A stretch of DNA of 64,000 nt from an uncultured Pelagibacteraceae bacterium (GCA_902622545.1 CACNQD010000004.1:116465-180464); one strand, 5' to 3'. Counted from the first letter of the stretch, positions 26,321-40,479 are shown. The notes: a model not told the origin generated them from the sequence alone. Made by a program: numbers and translations.

Positions 26321-27565
26321 TTAATTAAATCTTGATGAACTATATGGAGATAAATCTAAATTAGTTTTTTCACCAAGTATTATTTTAGATACTATCTTCC
26401 CTGAAATTGCACCTAATGTCCATCCTAAATGATGATGACCAAAAGAATAGTAAACATTACTGTAGTTTTTTGATTTACCAATTACTGGTAGAAAATCAGG
26501 TAATGTTGGTCTAAACCCTAACCATTCATCCTCATGGTCTTCATTCTCTGGCAAACCATTTAACATATCTTTTGCATTTAAAATTAAATTTTTAATTCTT
26601 GACTTAGATAGAGGGTTTTCTAGACCTCCAAATTCAACTGTTCCAACAACTCTCAACCCTTGTTCCATAGGTGTAATACCAAAACCTCTATCAGCCCAAA
26701 CAACTGGTCTGGATAATAATTTTGAGTAATTTTTAAAATGGATATGATAACCTCTTTCAGTATCTAAGGGAATTTTTTCATCTAATTTATCAGTTAACTT
26801 TTTCGAAAAAGCACCACAAGCTATGACAACTTTATCAAATAATAATTTATTATTTTCCGTAATTAAAATAGGTTTCTGTTCTTTAAAGTTTATGTCGTTA
26901 ACATTTGTTTTTTTGAATTTTCCTCCTTTTTTTAAAAAATCTGCAAATAACTTTTCAATAATTTTTTTTGGATTTCTTGCATGTCTTGCGTACTCATAAA
27001 ATACGCCTCCATCATAAAAAGGTTTTAAATTTGGTTCTAAATCGTGAACTTCTTTAGGATTTAAGATTTTTTGTTTTACACCTAATTTTTCTCGAATATT
27101 AATTTCGATTTTTCTGCTCTTAATTCCTTTTTTTTCCCATACATACATAATTCCTTTTTTTTCAACTAGGCCATCTAAATTAATATCTGCAAATAATTCA
27201 TCATATGCATTTAATGAAATATCTAAAATTTGGTGCATATATTTTGCTGTATGCATCATTTTTTTTTCTGAACAACTCATTATATATTTTGAAAACCAAG
27301 GAATCATTTTAACAAAATAATTCCATTTTAAAGCTAATGGTCCTCTACTACTTAATAACATTGCGGGCACATCAGATAACACATCAGATCTGTTTAATTG
27401 TAGTGAGGCGTATGGTGAAAAATGCCCTGCATTTCCATAGGAAGCAGCACATCCAGGTTCATCTTTATCAAATAAAGTTACATCAATACCTTTTTTTTGA
27501 AGAAATAATGCATTACAAATACCTTGTATACCTGCTCCAATTATTGCTACTTCATTTTTTGACAT
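26321..27565 (-). CDS. FAD-dependent oxidoreductase, D-amino acid dehydrogenase (DadA-like) family
   Basis: IIGAGIQG, ASYGNAG, ERGYH, WLGFRP, GHHHLGWTLG. Confidence 0.85.
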   Translation of the reverse strand: MSKNEVAIIGAGIQGICNALFLQKKGIDVTLFDKDEPGCAASYGNAGHFSPYASLQLNRSDVLSDVPAMLLSSRGPLALKWNYFVKMIPWFSKYIMSCSEKKMMHTAKYMHQILDISLNAYDELFADINLDGLVEKKGIMYVWEKKGIKSRKIEINIREKLGVKQKILNPKEVHDLEPNLKPFYDGGVFYEYARHARNPKKIIEKLFADFLKKGGKFKKTNVNDINFKEQKPILITENNKLLFDKVVIACGAFSKKLTDKLDEKIPLDTERGYHIHFKNYSKLLSRPVVWADRGFGITPMEQGLRVVGTVEFGGLENPLSKSRIKNLILNAKDMLNGLPENEDHEDEWLGFRPTLPDFLPVIGKSKNYSNVYYSFGHHHLGWTLGAISGKIVSKIILGEKTNLDLSPYSSSRFN

Positions 27566-27578
27566 TTAATTAACTTAC

Positions 27579-27607
27579 ATTATAGGCAAAAAAAATTATC
27601 GCGACAA
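27579..27607 (-). promoter_or_regulatory. Sigma70 promoter for the oxidoreductase-DMT-deacetylase-msrB unit
   Basis: TTGTCG-17 nt-TATAAT, 13 nt upstream of the ATG. Confidence 0.7.
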
Positions 27608-27608
27608 A

Positions 27609-28733
27609 TTATGCAATGATCTGTTTTTGATAAATCTTAGTACTCATCACTACGCTAAAACCAATCATAGTAGCTAACATTGAGGATCCGCCATATGACA
27701 TTATTGGCAAAGGGGATCCTACAATTGGGAGAAGTCCAAGCACCATGCTCATATTAACAGTCACAAAAATAAATATAGATGATGCATATCCATAACAAAA
27801 TAATTTTCCAAAAAAACTTCTAGCTGATGCACCAATTTTTGCAGTTCTATAAATTATAATCGCGTATAATAAAAGTAGAAGGACAGACCCTATAAACCCG
27901 TGTTCTTCTGAAAATAAAGTAAAAATAAAATCTGTATGTTTTTCCGGAAGAAAATCTAAGTAGCTTTGTGTTCCTTTTAGAAAACCTTTTCCAGATAAAC
28001 CACCTGAACCTACGGCTATTTTTGACTGAATTATTTGATAACCAGCACCAAGTGGATCTCTGTCTGGATTGAAAAAAGTTAATATTCTTAATTTCTGATA
28101 AGGTTTTAAAAACGATATTACAAAAGGTAAAGATATAAATAAAATAAGTGAAGAATATATAAAATATTTTGCGTTAACACCTGATAGCCATAAGACTGTC
28201 AAACCGCTTAGACCGATAAGAATAGAAGTACCTAAATCTGGTTGGCTAACAACTAATAAAATCGGTAAAATTAAAACCACTATTGGAATTATCAAATTTT
28301 TAAAACTATTGACTACATGTATCTGTGTTCGATGGTAAAATTTCGCAAAACACATTATTATTGCAACCTTCATTAATTCTGATGGTTGTAGATTTATAAA
28401 GTATAGATCTACCCATCTTTGTGAGCCAGAGGCTTTTATACCATAAAGAGAGGCCCAAATTAATAAACACAAAACGGTGAAGTAGAATAAATAACCCGTA
28501 GAGTGCCAAAATTTTAAATTTACAAAAGAAAATATTAACATCATCAAAAAAAAGATCAAAAATCTTATTACATGACTTTTTGTGTGATATAAAATTTCTC
28601 CGCCCTCTGTTGAATACATCGATAGGGAACTTACCAATCCAAGAATTAAAATACAGAATAGCAGAATATAATCAAGTGATCTTAATTTTTGAAAAAAAGT
28701 AATCTGTCCACTAAGTGCTGTATCTTGAAACAT
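27609..28733 (-). CDS. rodA: Rod shape-determining protein RodA
   Basis: LQPSE, QPDLGT, GYQIIQSKIAVGSGG, LPEKHTDFIF, SYGGSS. Confidence 0.96.
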   Translation of the reverse strand: MFQDTALSGQITFFQKLRSLDYILLFCILILGLVSSLSMYSTEGGEILYHTKSHVIRFLIFFLMMLIFSFVNLKFWHSTGYLFYFTVLCLLIWASLYGIKASGSQRWVDLYFINLQPSELMKVAIIMCFAKFYHRTQIHVVNSFKNLIIPIVVLILPILLVVSQPDLGTSILIGLSGLTVLWLSGVNAKYFIYSSLILFISLPFVISFLKPYQKLRILTFFNPDRDPLGAGYQIIQSKIAVGSGGLSGKGFLKGTQSYLDFLPEKHTDFIFTLFSEEHGFIGSVLLLLLYAIIIYRTAKIGASARSFFGKLFCYGYASSIFIFVTVNMSMVLGLLPIVGSPLPIMSYGGSSMLATMIGFSVVMSTKIYQKQIIA

Positions 28734-30712
28734 TATGTCTGTAAATTATTTTTGTTTAAATTTATTTTTTCTCTTTCTTCGTGTCTATCTATTATTAGTT
28801 TAAATAATTTTTTAGCCACTGGTGCTGCAGTTGATCCACCTGAGCCACCATGTTCTATAACAATGCTCAACGCATATCTTGGATTTTTGTAAGGACCAAA
28901 TGCAATATAGAGTGCATGGTCTCTATCCTCATATGGTATTTGTGATATATCTAAATCAAGCTCTCTTTCAGCCTCTGTTATTCTTTTAACTTGCGATGTG
29001 CCAGTTTTTCCTGCAAATTGATATTTTTTATCACTAATTCTTGAAGAATATGAGGTTCCTCTAATTTCATTTGTAGATGCAAACATAGCATCCAAAACAA
29101 ATTTAACATTCTCTTGATTTCTGAAAAGAGGTTTAAATAAAGTGTCTTTATTGCTTGGAGCAAATTTTAAATCTAATAAAGCATCATCAAAATCTGGGCC
29201 TTGTATTATTTTTTCTAAATTTTCACTCATTTTTGATTTTATCTTTTCTAAGTTTGGATCATCTTTATTAACAACTATTTTTGGATTTATTTTAAAACCA
29301 CCGTTTGCTAATTGAGCAGTCATTAAACATAACTGTAAAGGTGTTGTCTGAATGTATCCTTGTCCTATTCCTGTAATTAACGTTTCACCTAGAACCCAAC
29401 TTCTACCCAAACTATTTTTTTTCCATTCTGTGGATGGAACTAATCCAACTTTTTCCTCATTGAAAACATCTTTGAAAACCTTGTCTCCTAATCCAAATTT
29501 TTTTGCAGTTTCATTAAGACGATCTACACCAAGTCGTCTAGACATTTCATAAAAAAAAGTATCACATGAAACTTTTAAAGCTTCTCGTAAATTTACAACT
29601 CCATGACCCTTTTTTTTCCAACAATTATATGTTTGTCCATACATTTCAATTTTTCCAGTGCAATTGACTTTAAATTTTGTTGATATGATATTATTCTCAA
29701 GAGCAGAGAGTGCTACGATTGGTTTTATTGTTGAGCCAGGAGGATATAATCCAGTAATTGATCTATTAATCAATGGTTTTTTTGGATTACTCCTAATATT
29801 TTCCCAATTCTCGTAACTTATACCATACAAGAATAAATTTGGATCAAAAGATGGGGATGAGTGCATTGCAATAATCTCACCAGTAAAAATATCCATTACA
29901 CATATAGAGCCTGCTTTATCTTTTAAAAGATCGTTGCACTTTTGTTGGATTTTAGTATCTACTGTCAATTTTATAGACCGACCTTTTTGACCTTCAATGT
30001 GATCAATTTGGTTTATTCTTTTTCCATATGCATTTACCTCGTATCTTTGAACTCCATTCATGCCAATTAACTCATTTTCTAAAGACCTCTCTAAACCAAT
30101 TTTTCCTACCCTTAATCCAGGTACATGTTTTTTCTTAATTTCTTCATTATTAAGAATGTCGCTATTACTTGCTTGGGCAACATAACCTAAAAGATGTGTA
30201 TAGTTTTCATTATATGGGTAGCTTCTTGCTACAGACAAAACTGGTTTGACGCCTGATAATTCATGTAAATAAAAATTTATTTTTACAAATTGATCCCAGG
30301 ATAAATTTTCTGATACGATTAAAGTCTCCCAAGGTTTTTGGGAATTTTTTTTTTTGATAATTTTATTCAAGGTTTTCTGGTCTAAATCTAGAATATCTTT
30401 TACTCTTACTATTAAATTATTAAAATTTTCAACTTGCTCTGGAATTACATGAAGTTGATAAACTTGCAAATTGCCAGCGATAGTATTTCCATAAAAATCC
30501 TTAAAATCACCTCTTATAGGAGGAAGTTTCCACTCTCTTAATCGGTTTTTATCAGAAAGTGTAAGGTATTTTTTATTTTGGTTTATTTGTAGAGAGAACA
30601 ATTTTGCAACTATACCTCCAAACACTAATATTTTGGCAGTAGAAAGAATAAACATTCTTCTATTAACTACACTTTGTTTTCTATAGCTAGTATCTGAACC
30701 AAAACTAATCAT
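28733..30712 (-). CDS. mrdA: Penicillin-binding protein 2
   Basis: PPGSTIK (SxxK), SCD (SxN position), AGKTGT. Confidence 0.95.
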   Translation of the reverse strand: MISFGSDTSYRKQSVVNRRMFILSTAKILVFGGIVAKLFSLQINQNKKYLTLSDKNRLREWKLPPIRGDFKDFYGNTIAGNLQVYQLHVIPEQVENFNNLIVRVKDILDLDQKTLNKIIKKKNSQKPWETLIVSENLSWDQFVKINFYLHELSGVKPVLSVARSYPYNENYTHLLGYVAQASNSDILNNEEIKKKHVPGLRVGKIGLERSLENELIGMNGVQRYEVNAYGKRINQIDHIEGQKGRSIKLTVDTKIQQKCNDLLKDKAGSICVMDIFTGEIIAMHSSPSFDPNLFLYGISYENWENIRSNPKKPLINRSITGLYPPGSTIKPIVALSALENNIISTKFKVNCTGKIEMYGQTYNCWKKKGHGVVNLREALKVSCDTFFYEMSRRLGVDRLNETAKKFGLGDKVFKDVFNEEKVGLVPSTEWKKNSLGRSWVLGETLITGIGQGYIQTTPLQLCLMTAQLANGGFKINPKIVVNKDDPNLEKIKSKMSENLEKIIQGPDFDDALLDLKFAPSNKDTLFKPLFRNQENVKFVLDAMFASTNEIRGTSYSSRISDKKYQFAGKTGTSQVKRITEAERELDLDISQIPYEDRDHALYIAFGPYKNPRYALSIVIEHGGSGGSTAAPVAKKLFKLIIDRHEEREKINLNKNNLQT

Positions 30713-31217
30713 TTGTTCTTCTGAGTAAATTTAAATAGTAACCAAAAATATATGAAAAAAAATAATAGAACAAGAATGTATATAAAACATTAAATAACAG
30801 GTCGAAATAATTAATCGTAGCATTAAAAAATATCACCATTATTGAGTAAAAAAGTGAGCTTGTAACCAAAATAGTAAACATGAAGAAAAACCAATCTTTA
30901 ATTAGACTTGGTCTTAATGTAATATTTCTAAGATATACTGCAAATACACAAATTATCAGATATGTCATACTGCTTATTCCTAAGGGTAAACCAATAACAA
31001 CATCATTAATAAGCCCTGCAATAAAGACTAATACGTAGCTTAATCTACCTTCTCCCTTTAAACTCCAATAAAAAATTAATATGTATGGAAAATTGAATGA
31101 AAAATATTCAAAATTTAAATAATTTAAATCAAATTCGTTTAAAACTGAAATATAAAGTAATATTATTGGACCTAGTGATAAAATTTTTCTAGAAATTGGT
31201 AACTTTGATAAAGACAT
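30705..31217 (-). CDS. mreD: Rod shape-determining protein MreD
   Basis: Hydrophobic; GLINDVVIGLPLG; position between mreC and mrdA. Confidence 0.85.
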   Translation of the reverse strand: MSLSKLPISRKILSLGPIILLYISVLNEFDLNYLNFEYFSFNFPYILIFYWSLKGEGRLSYVLVFIAGLINDVVIGLPLGISSMTYLIICVFAVYLRNITLRPSLIKDWFFFMFTILVTSSLFYSIMVIFFNATINYFDLLFNVLYTFLFYYFFSYIFGYYLNLLRRTND

Positions 31218-31220
31218 GGA

Positions 31221-32069
31221 TCAATTCACATTTTCATATAAAACTATTTTTACCAATCTTAGCTGTGTAAAATCAGAGTGAAACTTCACATAACTTTCAT
31301 TACTTTCATCTATTAAGTTTATTTTACCAATTGGTATTCCTGATTTGAATATGCCACCTGAACCAGAGGAATAAATCTGATCACCTTCATTTAGGATAAT
31401 ATTGTCTAATTGTGTGTATTGTAATCTTCCAAATTTTTCACCGGTACCTGTTAAAATTGATTGTACGCTATTAGGCTCAATTGATACTGGTACTTTACTA
31501 TTTAAATCTGATAAAAGTAACACTCTTGCTGTTCTAAAATTTACCTCTACAACTTTGCCAATTAAAAACTCGCCATCTAAGACAGCCATCCCTAATTTCA
31601 CTCCATCTTTACTGCCTCTATTAACAATCACTGATTTAAGAAAAGGACTTTGTTTATCTAATAATACTTTTGCTAAAATTTCTGAGGATGAGTCTAAAAT
31701 ATCGTCTATTTTTGACTTTAACATTTTGTTTTCAGAGATGATAAAATTATTATTAAAGTTTTCAGCCTGTAAAACTTTAAAGTCTCTTTTTAATTTTTTA
31801 TGATCTTCATATAAATTAATATGTGATATGGTTAATTTATAAGTGTTTTTAATAAAATTCTCTGGTGCAGAGATTATGAATGAGGAACGGTAAACAATTT
31901 CGTTTAATGCGGTTTTTAAAAAAACTATTCCTTTAAAGTTATATTTACCTAATACTAAAATTGTTATTGAAAAAAAAAGTAAAACTATGAGTGAGAATCT
32001 TTGCTTTGTTCCTTTTTTTAAAAAGGCAGATCTGATTGCAATAATGAAATCATCTCTGTTTGTTTCCAT
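31221..32069 (-). CDS. mreC: Rod shape-determining protein MreC
   Basis: VIVNRGSKDGV, SGSGGIFKSGIPIG. Confidence 0.93.
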   Translation of the reverse strand: METNRDDFIIAIRSAFLKKGTKQRFSLIVLLFFSITILVLGKYNFKGIVFLKTALNEIVYRSSFIISAPENFIKNTYKLTISHINLYEDHKKLKRDFKVLQAENFNNNFIISENKMLKSKIDDILDSSSEILAKVLLDKQSPFLKSVIVNRGSKDGVKLGMAVLDGEFLIGKVVEVNFRTARVLLLSDLNSKVPVSIEPNSVQSILTGTGEKFGRLQYTQLDNIILNEGDQIYSSGSGGIFKSGIPIGKINLIDESNESYVKFHSDFTQLRLVKIVLYENVN

Positions 32070-32075
32070 TTTGTC

Positions 32076-34686
<2,611 letters not shown>

Positions 34687-34711
34687 AATTTTTGTAAATT
34701 ATTTTTTTTGG

Positions 34712-34739
34712 ATAATACAATCTCTAGCAGAGATTGCAA
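34712..34739 (-). promoter_or_regulatory. Candidate leuA promoter overlapped by an inverted repeat
   Basis: TTGCAA-16 nt-TATTAT; inverted repeat CAATCTCT-AGC-AGAGATTG at 34718..34736. Confidence 0.5.
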
Positions 34740-34774
34740 AACAAAACAGTCAATTATGGGTTTTAATGTTGTTT

Positions 34775-35809
<1,035 letters not shown>

Positions 35810-36358
35810 TTATTTAAAAATTTCTGATCCTCTTGTCATAGCTACTGCACCAGTTCTAGACACACTAACTAATCCAAATTTTTTTAAATCTCCCATAACA
35901 GTATCTATCTCTCTTCTTAATGCAGTTATTTGAAGTACAACTGATTTTTGAGTTTTGTCTAGTACTACTGGATTAAATTTTTTGCAAACTTTTAATGCTT
36001 TATTTCTCTTAGAAGTATTCCCAACCAGCTTTAATAAAGCCATTTCTTTAAAAATAATTTTTTTATCACCTCTCATAAAATCTGCAACTTTATGAACTGG
36101 CACAAGTTTACCTAGCTGTAACTTAATTTGTTCAATAACTTGTGGTGTTCCAGTAGTCACAATCGTTATCCTTGATATACCTCGTTTAGGATCGACCTCT
36201 GCAACAGCTAAAGACTCTATGTTATATCCTCTGCCAGAGAATAAACCCACTACTCTTGCTAAAACCCCAGCCTCATTATCTACCCATACTACTATTATAT
36301 GCGTATCTGGTTTTCCTTGTTTACCTGGATCGCTATAAGCTGACTTAGATTTAGCCAT
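35810..36358 (-). CDS. ilvH: Acetolactate synthase small (regulatory) subunit
   Basis: ACT domain NEAGVLARVVGLFSGRGYNIESL. Confidence 0.95.
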   Translation of the reverse strand: MAKSKSAYSDPGKQGKPDTHIIVVWVDNEAGVLARVVGLFSGRGYNIESLAVAEVDPKRGISRITIVTTGTPQVIEQIKLQLGKLVPVHKVADFMRGDKKIIFKEMALLKLVGNTSKRNKALKVCKKFNPVVLDKTQKSVVLQITALRREIDTVMGDLKKFGLVSVSRTGAVAMTRGSEIFK

Positions 36359-38124
36359 TAAACTAAAGTTTTTCCTTTTCCTGTAATTTTATTTTCTTTT
36401 TGATCATTAGGGCCTAATAACATTTGATTGTGAGGTTTGCCTGAAGGAATCATTGGAAAACAATTTTCTTCTTTATCAACTAAACAATCAAATATTACAG
36501 GTTTTTTTACATCAATCATTTCTTGAATTTTTGAATCTAATTCATCTGGAGTTTTCGCTCTTATTCCAACACATCCATAAGCCTCCGCTAGTTTTACAAA
36601 GTCAGGGAGAGCTGCTGTGTAACTTTCAGAATAATTTTTTTCATGAAGTAATTCTTGCCATTGTCTCACCATCCCCATGTACTCATTATTTAAAATAAAT
36701 ATCTTTATTGGTAGATTATACTGAACAGCTGTGGACATTTCTTGCATTGTCATAAGAACTGAGGCTTCTCCTGCAATGTCGACTACTAATTTATCAGGAT
36801 GAGCTATTTGAACACCAACTGCCGCTGGTAAACCGTAACCCATTGTACCAAGACCACCTGATGTCATCCACCTATTTGGTTTATCGAATTTATAATGTTG
36901 AGCAGCCCACATTTGATGTTGGCCAACCTCAGTTGTAATAAATGTATCTTTATTTTTAGTTAACTCGTAAAGTCTTTGAATTGCAAATTGTGGTTTTATT
37001 GTTTTATCACTATTAATAAAGTTTAGAGAATTAACAGATCTCCATTTTCCAATTTGTTCCCACCATTTTGAAATATTTTCTTTGTTAGACTTTAAAAAAT
37101 TTGGTTTATGTTTTTTAACTGTCTTTATTAGTAATGAAATTACTTCTGAGACATCACCTACAATTGGGAGGTCTACCTTCACATTTTTATTTATGGACGA
37201 TGGATCTATATCTATGTGAACCTTTTTGGATTTAGGAGAGAATTCATCAATTTTTCCTGTTATCCTATCATCAAATCTTGCACCTATATTAATCATAAGA
37301 TCGCAATCGTGCATAGCATTGTTGGCCTCATATGTGCCATGCATACCTAACATTCCCAAAAATTGATTGTCGTCTCCTGGGAATGAACCAAGACCTTGTA
37401 GTGTAGAGGTTATTGGAAAACCAGTGATTGAAATTAATTCTCTTAATTGTTCACTTGCCTTTGGACCAGAATTAATCACTCCACCACCTGTATAAAATAT
37501 TGGTTGTTTTGCTTTACCCATCATTTCAACAAGTTTGTCGATATCTTTTTGTGAAAATCTATTATTTGATTTTCCATTAAGTTTTTTTTGTTTTTTAAAA
37601 TTTGAGTATTTGGCTTTTTGAAATTGAATATCTTTTGGTATATCAACCAAAACTGGTCCGGGTCTTCCAGTAGTTGCAACTTCAAAAGCCTTGTGAATTA
37701 TTTTTGCTAAATCCTTAACATCTTTTACCAACCAATTATGCTTAGTGCACGGTCTAGTAATTCCTGTGGTATCACATTCTTGAAAAGCATCAGTGCCTAT
37801 TAAATGTGTTGGAACTTGTCCTGAAATACATACTAATGGAATAGAGTCCATGTATGCATCTGTTAAAGCAGTAACAACATTTGTTGCACCGGGACCAGAT
37901 GTTACTAAAACTACACCAGGTTTTCCACACGACCTTGCATAACCTTCAGCAGAATGTCCTGCTCCTTGCTCGTGTCGTGCGAGTATATGTTTAATGCTAT
38001 CGTGATTTTTTAATTCATCGTAAATTGGTAATACGGCGCCACCAGGATAACCAAAAATAAATTCAACTTTTTGATCCTCCATACATTTAAAAACTATTTC
38101 TGCGCCTGTATATAATTTTGACAT
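36358..38124 (-). CDS. ilvI: Acetolactate synthase large subunit
   Basis: GYPGGAVLP, RHEQGAGH, TSGPGATN, FQECD, TPP-binding region. Confidence 0.96.
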   Translation of the reverse strand: MSKLYTGAEIVFKCMEDQKVEFIFGYPGGAVLPIYDELKNHDSIKHILARHEQGAGHSAEGYARSCGKPGVVLVTSGPGATNVVTALTDAYMDSIPLVCISGQVPTHLIGTDAFQECDTTGITRPCTKHNWLVKDVKDLAKIIHKAFEVATTGRPGPVLVDIPKDIQFQKAKYSNFKKQKKLNGKSNNRFSQKDIDKLVEMMGKAKQPIFYTGGGVINSGPKASEQLRELISITGFPITSTLQGLGSFPGDDNQFLGMLGMHGTYEANNAMHDCDLMINIGARFDDRITGKIDEFSPKSKKVHIDIDPSSINKNVKVDLPIVGDVSEVISLLIKTVKKHKPNFLKSNKENISKWWEQIGKWRSVNSLNFINSDKTIKPQFAIQRLYELTKNKDTFITTEVGQHQMWAAQHYKFDKPNRWMTSGGLGTMGYGLPAAVGVQIAHPDKLVVDIAGEASVLMTMQEMSTAVQYNLPIKIFILNNEYMGMVRQWQELLHEKNYSESYTAALPDFVKLAEAYGCVGIRAKTPDELDSKIQEMIDVKKPVIFDCLVDKEENCFPMIPSGKPHNQMLLGPNDQKENKITGKGKTLV

Positions 38125-38130
38125 TTAGCC

Positions 38131-38160
38131 AATCTAGCTGAAGTTGTGCTAATTGGTCAA
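38131..38160 (-). promoter_or_regulatory. Sigma70 promoter probably giving a leaderless ilvI mRNA
   Basis: TTGACC-18 nt-TAGATT, then 6 nt to ATG; no SD. Confidence 0.6.
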
Positions 38161-38162
38161 GT

Positions 38163-39074
38163 TTAACTAATCTTATTTAGATAAGAATTTAGATTGTTCG
38201 GAGCAATTCTATACCAGTCTTTCATATGTCCTCTTGCCCAAGTCATCTGTCTTTTGGCATATTGCCTTGTTTTTATAGTGATTTTTTCTTTGATAAGACT
38301 TAAATTGGTCTTATCAGGTTTCAGTTCATTAATTTCTTTTATCCCTATTATCTTAAATGAGCTATTCGCTTTTTTAACTTTTAATTTATTAAATCTCTTT
38401 ACTTCTTGGATGGCTCCTGCTTTGATCATTTTTTCTATCCTATTTGATAAACTTTTTAAAACTTCATCTCTTGAGATATCAATAAATATTTTCTCAAAGT
38501 CCTTATCTTGAAAATGAATTGTTGTATTCTTGAACCAAGTATACAAAGATTTATTGGTTTGAATATAAACTTCATAAGCTCTAATAGATCTATTTTGATC
38601 ATTGATGTTAATATTATTTTTACACAAAGGGTCTAATTTAATTAATCTTTTATAAAAATTTTTTTGACCAATTTTTTTTTGTAACTTTCTTATTTTATCT
38701 CTATTGTTTTTACTTATTTTTGGTATTTTTGCTAAACCATCTACTAAAGATTTGAAATAGAGGCCAGAACCACCAACAATTATTGGAACTTTTTTTCTTT
38801 TTTTTATTTCTGAAATTTTTGTAAGACATTTTTTTAACCACTCACCTACTGAAAAATTTTTTTTAACACTTAGAAAACCATATAAGTGATGTTTAATATT
38901 TGATTTATCTTTTGAGCTAGGCCTTGCATTTAAAATTTTTATTTCTTTAAATATTTGCATACTGTCAGCATTGATAATTTCCCCGTCAATTTTTTTTGCA
39001 AGCTTAAGTGCAAATTTAGATTTACCTGATGCTGTGGGTCCTGAAATTAAAATTATTTTGGACTTTAGGTCCAT
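38163..39074 (-). CDS. miaA: tRNA dimethylallyltransferase
   Basis: GPTASGKS, NADSMQ, VGGSGLY, TRQYAKRQ. Confidence 0.96.
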   Translation of the reverse strand: MDLKSKIILISGPTASGKSKFALKLAKKIDGEIINADSMQIFKEIKILNARPSSKDKSNIKHHLYGFLSVKKNFSVGEWLKKCLTKISEIKKRKKVPIIVGGSGLYFKSLVDGLAKIPKISKNNRDKIRKLQKKIGQKNFYKRLIKLDPLCKNNININDQNRSIRAYEVYIQTNKSLYTWFKNTTIHFQDKDFEKIFIDISRDEVLKSLSNRIEKMIKAGAIQEVKRFNKLKVKKANSSFKIIGIKEINELKPDKTNLSLIKEKITIKTRQYAKRQMTWARGHMKDWYRIAPNNLNSYLNKIS

Positions 39075-39075
39075 A

Positions 39076-40479
39076 CTAATCCAATTTTACACCAATATAT
39101 CTTTTTTGATTTTGATTATTAAATATTGCAATTAGTATAGTTTTATTTTGTGACTTTAATGCTGTGTTAACTAAATTATTTAATTGATTAGCAGATTTAA
39201 TTCTTCTTTTGCCTGCTTCTACGATTATGTCGTTTACTTTTAAATAATTTATTGGGCTATCTGGTTCAATTTTAGTTATTATTAGACCTGATACATTTGG
39301 TGGTAGTTGTCTTTGAATTATATCTTCTTTTGTTGTTGGTCTAACCTCAATTTTTAGAGCATTTATAACTTCAATCTTTGGAATATTTGGAGTTTCAGCT
39401 TTAAAATCTTCTGAAGTTTCAAGTCTGCCAAGAGTAATGGTTTTTGTTATTTCTTTTTTATTTCTCCAAACTTTAAGTTTAACAACCTTGCCAACTTTTG
39501 TTTGAGCAACTATTAATGGAAGTTCTTGCATTTCGTTTATTTTTTTTCCATCAAACTCTAATATGATATCCCCATCTTTAATTCCTCCTTTATCTGAAGG
39601 GCTTCCTGGTGCAACACTTGCAACTAAAGCACCTCTTGCTTTTCCTAATTTTTCAATTTCTGCTATTTCTTTTGAAACATTTTGAATTCTTACACCTAGC
39701 CATCCTCTTTTTGTTTCACCAAACTCAATTAATTGATCTATTACTTGTTTTGCACTATTTGACGGAATTGCAAAACCTATGCCAATTGATCCTTGTTGAC
39801 CAAGTATTGCAGTATTAATTCCTATCACATCTCCATCCATATTAAACAAAGGTCCGCCAGAATTTCCCGTATTGATCGATGCATCTGTTTGGATAAAATC
39901 TTCATATCTTGATAAACCAATATTTCTATTTCTTGCTGAAATTATTCCTGAAGTAACTGTACCACCTAAACCAAAAGGATTCCCAATTGCTATAACCCAG
40001 TCACCTATTCTAGCTTTATCAGAATTTCCAAATTTGACAGGTTGAAACTTATCTTCGGATTTAATTTTTAAAACTGCAACATCTGACAATGGATCTGCAC
40101 CAATTATTTCTGCTTTATATTCTTTATCATTACTGAATCTAACAACTATATCCTCTGCACCCTTTATCACGTGATTATTCGTTATAACAGTTCCATTTTT
40201 ATCTATTACAAAACCTGAACCTAAAGCGCTTGCTTTTCTTTTCTGAGGTGATCCAAATTCTTTAAACATATCCCCAAAAGGTGATCCTGGGGGGAATTCA
40301 AAAGGGAAAGGGTTTGTATTTTGTACGACAGTTGTTGTTGTTGAGATATTTACAACAGATGGCATTAATTCTTCGGCCAAATCAGCAAAAGAAACCGGTC
40401 TATCCTGAGAGTTTGTTGGTAAAATCATTGTTATTGAAAACAACAAGATCAAAGTAAAATATTTTTTTATTACTCTCAT
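39076..40479 (-). CDS. degP: DegP/Do-family periplasmic serine protease, two PDZ domains
   Basis: Triad TNNHV / SDVAV / GNSGGP. Confidence 0.9.
   Translation of the reverse strand: MRVIKKYFTLILLFSITMILPTNSQDRPVSFADLAEELMPSVVNISTTTTVVQNTNPFPFEFPPGSPFGDMFKEFGSPQKRKASALGSGFVIDKNGTVITNNHVIKGAEDIVVRFSNDKEYKAEIIGADPLSDVAVLKIKSEDKFQPVKFGNSDKARIGDWVIAIGNPFGLGGTVTSGIISARNRNIGLSRYEDFIQTDASINTGNSGGPLFNMDGDVIGINTAILGQQGSIGIGFAIPSNSAKQVIDQLIEFGETKRGWLGVRIQNVSKEIAEIEKLGKARGALVASVAPGSPSDKGGIKDGDIILEFDGKKINEMQELPLIVAQTKVGKVVKLKVWRNKKEITKTITLGRLETSEDFKAETPNIPKIEVINALKIEVRPTTKEDIIQRQLPPNVSGLIITKIEPDSPINYLKVNDIIVEAGKRRIKSANQLNNLVNTALKSQNKTILIAIFNNQNQKRYIGVKLD

Noticed and set aside
34687-34774. Leucine leader-peptide attenuator before leuA
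   Set aside because: Only a TTG-started 9-codon frame without tandem Leu codons or SD, and no U-tract terminator.
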